Origin: Candidatus Poribacteria bacterium | Lineage (GTDB): Bacteria; Poribacteria; WGA-4E; JAJDTR01 | Assembly: GCA_965220415.1 (NCBI GenBank) | Contig: OZ244829.1 | Coordinates: 984,717 to 1,048,716, forward strand | DNA length: 64,000 bases | Reading direction: 5' to 3' | Part shown: positions 31,441 to 40,651 of the stretch, piece after piece | How positions within the stretch are numbered: position 1 is the stretch's first letter | How the letters are laid out: every line of letters starts with the position of its first letter | The notes under the pieces: model-generated | What the model was told of the DNA's origin: nothing | Databases searched by the model: none | Seen by the model: only the letters and a program-made list of their open reading frames with translations | Made by a program: the position numbers and the translations under genes

Positions 31441-31568
31441 AATGAACAGTAAGGTAACCGGTTTTGAGTGCGTGCTCAGGTACCGTTTGTACGCGCTCCC
31501 AGTCCTTGCGCTATGCTCTCGGCACTGGCGATATTTTCAATCCCTGTTTTCTAGCCCCATTGACATCA

Positions 31569-32579
31569 TCAGGGCTTCCCGGTGCGTTTGAGATCTCCCC
31601 AAGATGTCGGCGACTTTCCGTTTGGGCTGACTGCAAACGCACCAGCAGCAAACAACCAGGAAGGAAGTATGTTATCAACACCGGGAGGAGTTCTCGTGAG
31701 TTTGACCGGGTTGCTCCCGTCTGTGTCCATCACATAAATATTATAATCTCCATCACGGGTTGACGCAAAGGCGATTTTTGTACCATCCGGCGAATAGGCT
31801 GGAAACCTGTTGCTACCCTCCTCCGTAAGCCTTTCTAAGTTTTCCCCTTCAGCGGTAATCGCGTAAATCTGATAATCCAGGCCTGGATTGAAGAGGTGCT
31901 GCGAGTGAAAAGCAATCTTGCTTCCATCTGGCGACCAAATAGGGTGCTGATTTTTCGTTAGGTCGGTATCGCCAGTGAGATTGCGCCTTTCCTTTCCATC
32001 CGCATTCATCACGAAAATATGCTCTGGAGTAAACAAGTCGCCATCACGGGCGGATACAAACGCAATCTTGCTTCCATCTGGCGACCAACTCGGTGAACTA
32101 TCCCTCCACTTGTGTTTTGTCAAATTTATCGGGTTATTTCCATTCTCGTCCATCGCATAGATTTCCAAGTTGCCAACGACCGCACGGAAAGATGAAAAGG
32201 CAATCCTCTTGCCATCCGGCGACCAACTAGGGTGGATTTCAACAAAATTGTCATGGGTAAGTCTTACCACGTTATTGCCATCGCTGTCCATCACATAAAG
32301 GTCATGTGTAACGCCGCGTTCTGATGTGAACACAATCCTTCTCCCATCCGGCGAGCAAGCGGGAGAGTAATCGTATGCCGGGTGGTCGGTGAGTTGGAGG
32401 AGATTGTTTCCGTTTTGGTCCATGGAGTAGATGTCCCAGTTGCCAATCCAGTCGCCGTCGTGGTTTGATTGAAAGACGATTCTCGGTTCGAATGTCTGTG
32501 CTGTGCTGTCCGAAACAACCATTAACGCCAGTAACAATAGAAACATGCGTCTACTCAATAATGGGCTGATTTTATTCAC
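31569..32579 (-). CDS. Secreted PD40/TolB-like β-propeller protein with conserved C-terminal tail ...SPTSWGDLKR
   Basis: PD40 repeats (SWSPDGKRIAFSS, YVMDSDGNN). Signal peptide. Shared tail. Confidence 0.7.
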   Translation of the reverse strand: MNKISPLLSRRMFLLLLALMVVSDSTAQTFEPRIVFQSNHDGDWIGNWDIYSMDQNGNNLLQLTDHPAYDYSPACSPDGRRIVFTSERGVTHDLYVMDSDGNNVVRLTHDNFVEIHPSWSPDGKRIAFSSFRAVVGNLEIYAMDENGNNPINLTKHKWRDSSPSWSPDGSKIAFVSARDGDLFTPEHIFVMNADGKERRNLTGDTDLTKNQHPIWSPDGSKIAFHSQHLFNPGLDYQIYAITAEGENLERLTEEGSNRFPAYSPDGTKIAFASTRDGDYNIYVMDTDGSNPVKLTRTPPGVDNILPSWLFAAGAFAVSPNGKSPTSWGDLKRTGKP

Positions 32580-33407
32580 CGGTCATCTTCTCCTTTTTCG
32601 GGTTCTATAACTTCTAGAGAATTCTCTAACCTAAGTTGCCACGTTTGTAGCACGAGGAATCTCTATCGCGCTGCTTTTTCAGTCGCTTGATCTGTTAGAT
32701 TGTGCTTGTGATGCGCAAACTGACAGATCACCTGGACGGACAGTGGGGGCGATAGAGATCCCTCTCCAGGTCGGAACCTCCTTACTTGCATTAGACACTT
32801 ATGGCGTAAACCTCTCACCGCATATCGTCTCAATTTACCAGAGACGAAACCGAATCAAACGACTTTTCAATGAAACTCTTACGCCTACCCTAGGTGCGGG
32901 TAGTGTTGGCGGCGAAGTCACTGGCCTAGAACGGGTGCACGACTGCGTTTAGACGCCCTCCCAACCATTACGTGACACCCACGGCGCTGCCGAGGGTGTC
33001 AATGACCCGCCCCATAGGGATCAAGTTAAGCGTTTTAGGGTGCAAGTCACGCAGCGTCAATGTCTTGAACTGTTGATCTCCATGTAGACGTGAGCGAGGG
33101 AATACCAGTTCATTCACTGATGGGTGCGCCACAAAAGATGACTCATGGCGCTGGTTTCCGCAGGTGCCGGTGCGGTTGGAAAGGGATCTCTATCGCACTC
33201 ATTATCCATTCGCTTGATCGCACCTACCGTGTGGGGGATGATAGAGATTTCCTCCCCATCCTATGGGACTAAGTTAAGGGTTTTGCGTCGGAGAACACCA
33301 CCGATACTAGACGAAATCCCTTAAGTCGATCCCAATGGGGTGTCAATGACCCGCCCCCGCATTGTCCCCATTATCAGGCTTCGTAGTTCAAAAGGCAATC
33401 GCGCAAA

Positions 33408-34376
33408 CTATGGGCGGTTGAGCTCGACTTTCTTCAGCTTGCCCCAAGTTGTGCTCGTTCTGGAAGCGGCGGAAACGGCTAGTCCTGTGGGGCGAAAGTG
33501 GGGCTCATAATCCCCACCATTGTTGGCATCGCTAAGTTGCTTAATATATTGTCCATCGGCGGTCATCAAGTGAATCGTTCCTATGAGGCGAAAATTACGT
33601 GCCGACACATAGGCGATCGTCCGTCCATCAGGAGACCATGCGGGCAGCCAATTATTCTGTGTACTGTGCGTAAGCCTCTTGCTCTTTTTACCATCCGCCC
33701 TCATCACATAGATTTGAAAATAAAGAGACTCTTCGTCCATGCCCCAGTATACAATCCGTCCCCCGTCGGGAGACCATGATGGCCTGCCTTTAACCCGTAA
33801 ATCATGCGTCAACCTTTTGCGGCCCCGTTTGTTCGCGCCTATCACGTAAACTTCTTCCACCCCATCTGTCAAGGATACATATGCAATCCTTTTCCCATCC
33901 GGAGACCATGACGGCTGATAAGCGTGGTGTTCAAGCTTCACACGATTTTTTCCATCAGCATCCATCACGGCGATATGAACAATCTTTTTCCCATCTGTAC
34001 TAGAGGAGAATGCTATCTTTTTCCCGTCGGGAGACCACGCCGGATAATCGTCCTTTACCGTGTCTGTGAGCCTAATCGGATTCTTTCCATCGGCGTCCAT
34101 TAGGTAGATCTGATTGAACCCGCCATTTCGGTTGGAAACGAACGCAATCTTCGTCCCGTCGGGAGACCACGCTGGACGGTAGTTGCCTGCTTGATTTGCC
34201 GTTAATCTTCTATGGTTTGTCCCGTCTCTGTCCATCAAATAAATCTGCGAATTCCCATCTCTAGTCGAAGTGAATACAATCGTGGCGAGTGCGCTTTTTA
34301 ACCACAGTTCTTCACTCGTCAAACAGACGCACAGTCCTGCAAACAGTAGACATCTAGGTATCAGTTTGAATCGCAT
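33408..34376 (-). CDS. Secreted PD40/TolB-like β-propeller protein with conserved C-terminal tail ...TSTTWGKLKK
   Basis: PD40 repeats (AWSPDGTKIAFVSNRNG, YLMDADGKN). Signal peptide. Shared tail. Confidence 0.7.
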   Translation of the reverse strand: MRFKLIPRCLLFAGLCVCLTSEELWLKSALATIVFTSTRDGNSQIYLMDRDGTNHRRLTANQAGNYRPAWSPDGTKIAFVSNRNGGFNQIYLMDADGKNPIRLTDTVKDDYPAWSPDGKKIAFSSSTDGKKIVHIAVMDADGKNRVKLEHHAYQPSWSPDGKRIAYVSLTDGVEEVYVIGANKRGRKRLTHDLRVKGRPSWSPDGGRIVYWGMDEESLYFQIYVMRADGKKSKRLTHSTQNNWLPAWSPDGRTIAYVSARNFRLIGTIHLMTADGQYIKQLSDANNGGDYEPHFRPTGLAVSAASRTSTTWGKLKKVELNRP

Positions 34377-34738
34377 TTTGCTCCCTCCTAGGTTATAACT
34401 GTTTAGTCCATTGATTTCTAGGGGCGATCGTTATGATTTTAGACAACCTTTTTCGCGAAGTTTTGGCGAACACCGCGCAGATACCCGTTTTTCTGGCTTA
34501 TAGTAGCATCAAGCGACTGGATAAGGAGCGCGATAGCTAATCCCCGGCGATAGTCCATCCCGCTCGCTGTTCACTCCGTTGATCTCTTTTTTCTTAAAGA
34601 CTAGGTTTCTTCCCTTATTCCTAGTGGTTGCAAGATGCGGAATAGTCGCCTCATGACTTGCAACTAATCACGTACAATCAAGGTAATCTCATGAATCACA
34701 GTTCAGAGAAGTTAACTGCCACCGACCAAGCGCACCCC

Positions 34739-35689
34739 TCACCGGAGGCTGAGCGCGGTATTCTTCATCCTGCCCCAAATTGTAATCTGGCGACCTTCCG
34801 GCGAAACCGAGAGTTCTCCCGGATATAGCCAATCCGGCTCGGCATTAGAGAACGCGGGATCACGTGGCAAAGCGTCGACATCGCCGTTAGTTACATCCAC
34901 CGTGTAAATCCCAACAATTCCAGGATCCCTTCCAAAAGAGTGAAACGCGATGGATCCACTGTCCGGTGACCATGTGGGGTGTTCTTCCGTAACATGCTCC
35001 GTGAGTTGCCTCGGATTCTTTCCGTCGCTATCCACCACCCAAATCACGTTATCGCCCACATACGCGATGCGCTTCCCGTCGTGTGACCATGATGGCAAAC
35101 GTTTTCGCACAAAGTCATGCGTTAACTGCATTCGATTTCGTCCGTCGACATCCATTACGTAAAGTTGAGCCCCATTACCATTTCTAAAGGAGATGAATGC
35201 TATTCGTTTTCCATCGGGCGACCACGACGGATGGAAGCCTCTCCTAGAAAATACCCTCTTGTTGTTCCCATCCGCATCCATCACAGTAATCCCACCGTGG
35301 GTGTCGTACACTATTTTTGTGCCGTCTGGCGACCAGTCCGGATAAACGTCATTCAACCCGTCCGTCAGTCTAATCGGGTTCTTCCCGTCGGCGTCGATCA
35401 CCCAGATTTGCTTGCGATCTTTGTTTACATTGTTTCTATTGGAAACAAAGGCAATCTTTTTGCCGTCGGGAGACCATGCCGGATATTCGTCCCTTGCTGA
35501 ATTTACCGTTACTCTTCTATGGTTACTCCCGTCGCCATCCATGACACAAATTTCCAAATTCCCGTCACGCGGAGAGGCGAAGGCTATCTTGGTTCTGCGA
35601 GAGGCGTAACCGATTTCCGCAAGTTGCATCTGGATAAACAGGGAGATGACAAGCACTGTCCCCGCCAGTTGTCTAGCGTTGAATGACAT
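34739..35689 (-). CDS. Secreted PD40/TolB-like β-propeller protein with conserved C-terminal tail ...QITIWGRMKN
   Basis: PD40 repeats (AWSPDGKKIAFVSNR, DWSPDGTKIVY). Signal peptide. Shared tail. Confidence 0.7.
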   Translation of the reverse strand: MSFNARQLAGTVLVISLFIQMQLAEIGYASRRTKIAFASPRDGNLEICVMDGDGSNHRRVTVNSARDEYPAWSPDGKKIAFVSNRNNVNKDRKQIWVIDADGKNPIRLTDGLNDVYPDWSPDGTKIVYDTHGGITVMDADGNNKRVFSRRGFHPSWSPDGKRIAFISFRNGNGAQLYVMDVDGRNRMQLTHDFVRKRLPSWSHDGKRIAYVGDNVIWVVDSDGKNPRQLTEHVTEEHPTWSPDSGSIAFHSFGRDPGIVGIYTVDVTNGDVDALPRDPAFSNAEPDWLYPGELSVSPEGRQITIWGRMKNTALSLR

Positions 35690-35699
35690 TTTTTCCTCC

Positions 35700-36497
35700 T
35701 CTTTTGAATATATACCGTGCGCTGTCAGAAATTGCGCTTTTCAAGATTTTAGGCTTGCTTCACCGATTGTAGAGACAGCACCAAGCGGACGGATTAGAAT
35801 GGGGTAACGTCGGCAGTTTCCACCTGTGGGATCCCTATCGCGCTCATTATCCATTCGCTTGATTCACTCTGGGGCTTTGCTGTAGGTCGAATCAGTTTCT
35901 ATACACCTTCCGCCCCTCTGGGGCTCTCAAGTAACACTCCACATTGCACTCCTCTGGAGTGCGGAAATTTGGACATATCGTATTCTATTGACATTTCGAT
36001 CCTCTGGATCGAGGAAAGGGACTCCGACCAGAAAGTGTTACTTGCTGAATGAATTATTCCGACAGGGATAATGGAGCGCTACCAAGATTTAATTAGGTCG
36101 CGATTCGGAGATTGCGGGATTTCTATCGCAGTCACTATTCGTTCCTTTGATCCTACAAAATAAGCAATTCTCAGCCGCCTGGAGTATAAGCTGATGTTTC
36201 AAGGGAGATTAAGCGAGCGATTAGCGATCAAGTGACTGGAAAGGGGCGCGATAGTGAATCCCGTGCTATAGGGGTCCCACCTAAAGTCCGTAGGCAGGAA
36301 CTAAGGGAGTGAATTATGACCGATCAACCGAGTGGATAGCGAGGGATCAAAGGAGCGAATAGCGATCAACCGACTGATTAGGGAGGGCGATAGAAAATCC
36401 CCTGTGATAGCCAATCCTGATACTAAATCCCGCGCGATAGTGAATCCCGATAGAATCCCAGTATGATAGAGATTCGCTGCTCACCATCCATTCGGTA
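35700..36497. repeat. Intergenic repeat cluster: multiple direct and inverted copies/fragments of the GGGATCTCTATCGC...CATTCGCTTGATCGCACC unit (repeat A)
   Basis: At least 8 GATAG(N)AATCCC fragments in both orientations between 36110 and 36480. Full unit at 35828-35870. Irregular spacing. Confidence 0.6.
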
Positions 36498-37301
36498 CTA
36501 TCGACCCTTCAATCTACCCCAGGTTGTCGCCAGCTTGCCTATTTCCGACACTGCTGAGAGCGGCGACAGTCCATTGTCCATGATTCCTGAGATGTCGTCC
36601 TCTGTAAGCGCAACACTAAACAGCGCTACTTCGTCAATAAGTCCCTTCCAGAACTCTCTGCCGAAGCCGTCGGATCCGATAGCGACATGTTCGGGAGTAG
36701 AGCCGCCGGTGACCTTTCCGACATTATGCTCGGCTTCTTCGACTCCATCAACATACACCCTGAGGCTGTTGCCGTCGAAAGTGCCCGCGACATGGTGCCA
36801 CTCGCCATCATCAATGTGTGTTGCGCTGTGAACACCTGCCCAATTACCGAAATGAATCCATAATGTCAGCTTATGGGCATTCCATCCCGATCCAAGTGAA
36901 AATGGCCCCTTGTCCCCCTTGTTCGGGTCCTGTTTGCTAACCACCCGTGCAGGCGCCGTAAGCCCTCCGTCGCCTCCGTCCCATCTACACCAAGCCAGTG
37001 CGGTAAGGCTCGTGAATCCATCAACGGCGTCAATATCGCCGCAATCTACGCGGTCATCCCCGTCGAATTCCAGGGCGCCGCCGAACTTCCCAGCTACCCA
37101 TTGCGGGTTCCCCACGAGTTGCCCGACATGATCGTTGCCGGATGTGTCACTTGCAACTTCGCCGTTCCCATCGTCCAAAAGCCACATCCCGATAACGTCT
37201 TCCGGGCTAAATTCGGCAATGCTTGCGCCTGCTAGAATCATTATTACGAACATGGTACTCACGCAGGTTCCGGTTGTTCCGTTCATCATTATCGCCTTCA
37301 T
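36498..37301 (-). CDS. Secreted LamG/concanavalin-A-like lectin-fold protein with conserved C-terminal tail ...KLATTWGRLKGR
   Basis: Signal peptide. LamG-like pattern (ALEFDGDDRVDCGD...EWHHVAGTFDGNSLRVYVDG...LIDEVALF). AGGAGG RBS. Shared tail. Confidence 0.65.
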   Translation of the reverse strand: MKAIMMNGTTGTCVSTMFVIMILAGASIAEFSPEDVIGMWLLDDGNGEVASDTSGNDHVGQLVGNPQWVAGKFGGALEFDGDDRVDCGDIDAVDGFTSLTALAWCRWDGGDGGLTAPARVVSKQDPNKGDKGPFSLGSGWNAHKLTLWIHFGNWAGVHSATHIDDGEWHHVAGTFDGNSLRVYVDGVEEAEHNVGKVTGGSTPEHVAIGSDGFGREFWKGLIDEVALFSVALTEDDISGIMDNGLSPLSAVSEIGKLATTWGRLKGR

Positions 37302-37336
37302 TGTTTCCTCCTTCTCGTATGTTAGTGAATTGGTAA

Positions 37337-37505
37337 TTGTTTAGTCCATCGGTCTGGATTTACCAATCCAGACCGAGCGGGGCAGGGAACACGCCGAGTA
37401 GCGCAGTACAATGCTAATTCCGGCTAACCGGGGGCTTACATGCCCAGACCGGACGTGCGACGAACTGCAATACTACGAACCAAACGATGCACTAAACGGT
37501 TACGT
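37337..37505 (-). promoter_or_regulatory. Repeat C (copy 1): conserved ~170-nt 5'-UTR element with a perfect hairpin, immediately upstream of the LamG-tail gene
   Basis: About 88% identical to 42522-42690, which sits in the same position upstream of PhyH gene 41538-42485. Hairpin CGGTCTGGATT-ggtaa-ATCCAGACCG lies about 45 nt 5' of the RBS. Confidence 0.5.
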
Positions 37506-37845
37506 GAATTGAAATTAACCGCCAAACGCCTGCTTCCACTCTATCATCACTGTCGGAGCGATCAAATGAGCGAATATATCAAACGAGTGAATAACGAGTG
37601 ATCAAGGGAACGGTTAGTGACCGCGATAGAGATTCCATAGTAAATCCTCATACGATAGAGATCGCCCTCCTGTTCCCAACTTCCTGTCGTGGATTGGAGG
37701 AATCTCTACGGGATTTCTATCAGGATCCACTATCGCACTCATTATCCATTCGCTTGATCGTTCCAACAGAAAACGTGCAATGGATAGTGCTACCACAAAC
37801 GGAGTAGCACACGTCCTTACGTAACGCAAGTGGCTATACTCTGCG

Positions 37846-37995
37846 TTGGGCATTATTGCGCTTTTTTCCCAGTGATAATTGTTTCTAATAGGACTTACGT
37901 AGCACCAGAAGGTCGGGAATCGGAGTTCCTTCGTACAAGGGTCGCGACCTGGAGATCGCTCCTACAGAAGGCGCAATTTCTGACGGCGCGGAGTA
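37846..37995. repeat. Repeat B copy 2
   Basis: See 26482-26645. Confidence 0.55.
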
Positions 37996-38191
37996 TACTT
38001 ACAAGATTATGGACATGTACCATCGTTTTTTATTGAAATTGACCCATTAATCGCGGAGACTTCGTAGCGCAAACTGTCAGTTTGCGCGCGAGTTAAGCAC
38101 CGGAAGCACAATCTAACAGATCGTGCTACAAAGGTGGCAACTTGGGTTACGTACGGTTCGGAATTGTAACGATTCCAGTCATCGTATAAGC

Positions 38192-40402
38192 CTACCCAAC
38201 CTTGGCATAGGTAACAAGCAACGATCCCGGCTGAGAGTCTGTTGAAACATCAATGCCCTCTGCCATTTCCCTCCCATTCATTACAACCTTGAGATTCTGA
38301 TCTTCAAAGTTCACATTATAGCTTGCCTCCAACTCAAGTCCCCACAATTTCAGTGTTGCGGATTGCTGCGAACATTCGGGGCGGCGAAACGCAAATACCA
38401 TCCCTTGACCCGAGTCCTCCTTGTGGAACTGGTACGCCAACCACGTGTCGTGGGATATGGTATACGGCGTGAGAGGATAAAAATCCCCGTAGAACAGATG
38501 GCGGATGCGTTTGTATTCCTCAATTAACTTGCGGGCAGTATCCCACGGAAACGGCTCGGTGACCATGTAACCTACGTTGTCTTCATCGTCGACAGTTTTG
38601 CGCGGCACTGTTTTTAGTTCGTAGGGTTCCTCCTGATTGACGGGAAACGCCAGGGGCCAGCGCTGCTCTAGCTCCGGTTGAAACGGATTCCACGCGGCTG
38701 CGATACCGGCGTTCATTGAGCTGCGAAATGAATAGGTGTCGGGGTAGCCGCTGGCGGTTGCGGTTGATGGTACCCATTGACTGAGACCATAGGTTTGCGA
38801 TTGATAGTCGTTCGGTTCAAAGCCGGGATGGTTGTGGTCCGAGCGCCACAGATAAAAACAGCGAGACATAGCCTCCAGGTCTATGCGCGTAGCGCCGCCG
38901 CCGCACATATCGATAATCAGTCCCGGATTTCGCCTGCGAAGTTCGTCCCAAAACCAATACATGCCCTCAATATAGCGAATTTCGGCAATTCCTTGTCTAT
39001 CCGGTGCGTCCGCATCTCTCCACCACTGGAGCGGTTGCCCGTGCGGATATGGTCGTCCATCGGGGTATGTCAAGTTCGCGCCGATTGGCCCGTCCTGCCG
39101 GTAAATGCCAATCCCTTCTTCCGCAATCAGATTCGAAATGTAATCGGTTATCATCGTAAGCGCCTCGGGATTCCCGTAGTCCAGCATTCTGAATGGCGGA
39201 AGCCCCGTGACCTCTTTATCTTTGACGGTAAGAAACAGTTCAAGGTGTTCACGCTCCATCCACGTGCTTCCACCCTGATATTCGGGAGCAAACCAGACAA
39301 GTAGACCCATATTCATTTTCCTCAGCGCGTCGGATATCGCTCGGAGTCCGTTGGGAAAACGCTCAGGGTCGGCAGGTCCGATGTGGGAAACCCCCGGGCT
39401 TTTGATTTGCCAGCCCACGTCCATCCAGATATATTCAAATCCAAGCGGCGAAAATGCAGACGCATATTCGATTTGGTTTTGTTCGGTCGCACCAAATGCT
39501 TCTTGGTACATCCCCATCGAACTTGCCAACAACGGCACCGGCATCGGCTTGCAATCCCTTTGTGGATAGTAATGGGCTAGTAGTATTCGACGAAGCAGGT
39601 TCTGTCCGTAGATTCGATGACCTTGCCAGAAGAGAAGTAACATCCGTGGAGAGCGAATCTCTTCTCCGGGCAGAAGCTTGAGGTGCGTTCGCTCCATTCC
39701 GGCGCATACACGCACCGATTGTGAGTCTCGCGAAAAACTTGCCAGCCATTGCCCCGTCCAACCGATGGCAATCATGACACCGTGGTTTGACATTTCAAGA
39801 TTGAAGAAAGGTAGACTGTCACCCCACGAGGATCTTCCGTGCATTGAAGACATTTCCAGAGTAGAGTCAGTTGCCAACTCTCTGACGTTCGGACCAAAAT
39901 CCGCTGTACCGGCGGCGACTCCCTCCTTCGCACCCGACGTATAATGCAGCTTAAAGTCATCTGCATCGTCACGTAGCACGGTGTCCAGTGCCTGGATATT
40001 GGCGATAATCGGCGTGTCACATTCTCCGGTATTTCTGAATTTTACTACCCATTCGGCCGCGGGATGGTCCACGAAAAGCGTTACTTCACACCGAACTTCA
40101 AGACCCGTTTGTTTTTCGGTGTACGTTACCGTTTGTAGAGTTCGCTTCTCATCCAGCGAAGTTTCGTTTATTGAAAAGTCCCAAGTAGTTAGAATCTCTC
40201 CTGAACTCACGCCATCGTATTCAAATGAAAAGGGAGGCAGTCCGGAATCAGAAAACTTCCCTTCCATCCACTCTCTCAAGCCATCCCACCACGCGGATTG
40301 AGACATCTCAATGCCTGTGGCTTCCAACACCGGTAGAGGATTATCTACGTAATTCTCAAGATTGCCGCCTTCGTGTGATTGCAAAGGATTTCCTTCCTCC
40401 AT
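38192..40402 (-). CDS. Putative glycoside hydrolase, GH36-like (α-galactosidase-like TIM barrel)
   Basis: N-terminal PFSFEYDGVSS segment, central YIWMDVGWQ and DMCGGGATRID segments reminiscent of GH-D clan α-galactosidases. Start at MEEGNP is supported by GGGAGG RBS; the ORF track's longer start at 40441 lacks an RBS. Confidence 0.45.
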   Translation of the reverse strand: MEEGNPLQSHEGGNLENYVDNPLPVLEATGIEMSQSAWWDGLREWMEGKFSDSGLPPFSFEYDGVSSGEILTTWDFSINETSLDEKRTLQTVTYTEKQTGLEVRCEVTLFVDHPAAEWVVKFRNTGECDTPIIANIQALDTVLRDDADDFKLHYTSGAKEGVAAGTADFGPNVRELATDSTLEMSSMHGRSSWGDSLPFFNLEMSNHGVMIAIGWTGQWLASFSRDSQSVRVCAGMERTHLKLLPGEEIRSPRMLLLFWQGHRIYGQNLLRRILLAHYYPQRDCKPMPVPLLASSMGMYQEAFGATEQNQIEYASAFSPLGFEYIWMDVGWQIKSPGVSHIGPADPERFPNGLRAISDALRKMNMGLLVWFAPEYQGGSTWMEREHLELFLTVKDKEVTGLPPFRMLDYGNPEALTMITDYISNLIAEEGIGIYRQDGPIGANLTYPDGRPYPHGQPLQWWRDADAPDRQGIAEIRYIEGMYWFWDELRRRNPGLIIDMCGGGATRIDLEAMSRCFYLWRSDHNHPGFEPNDYQSQTYGLSQWVPSTATASGYPDTYSFRSSMNAGIAAAWNPFQPELEQRWPLAFPVNQEEPYELKTVPRKTVDDEDNVGYMVTEPFPWDTARKLIEEYKRIRHLFYGDFYPLTPYTISHDTWLAYQFHKEDSGQGMVFAFRRPECSQQSATLKLWGLELEASYNVNFEDQNLKVVMNGREMAEGIDVSTDSQPGSLLVTYAKVG

Positions 40403-40651
40403 AAATTGTACCTCCCGGGACCTGAAAAAGGCGAATTTCACAACCGTAAATCGTTGTAATTCAAATTCACCTGCATTATAATAGAAGGCACGTGTATTTT
40501 GATTGCGTCAACCACGATTCTACGAGAGTGACCAGATGCGTCAATCCCCTTTGGTTTTACGCGCTATAACCCAAACCGTAACAAACGGAAGTCCATAAGT
40601 CGTGAATCTAGAGATGAATACCAACGCTAATTTCCTAAGGAGACAACACGA

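Noticed and set aside
36100-36480. CRISPR-like look of many short GATAG...AATCCC repeats
   Set aside because: Repeat lengths and spacing are irregular, copies occur in both orientations, there are no unique spacers of uniform length, and there is no cas gene. This is a cluster of repeat-A fragments, not a CRISPR array.
38777-39304. 175-aa plus-strand ORF inside the GH36-like gene
   Set aside because: Antisense shadow ORF with no RBS or family match.
40402-40441. Longer start (MKFAFFRSREVQF) for the GH36-like gene
   Set aside because: The internal start at 40402 has a GGGAGG RBS at optimal spacing; the upstream Met has none.
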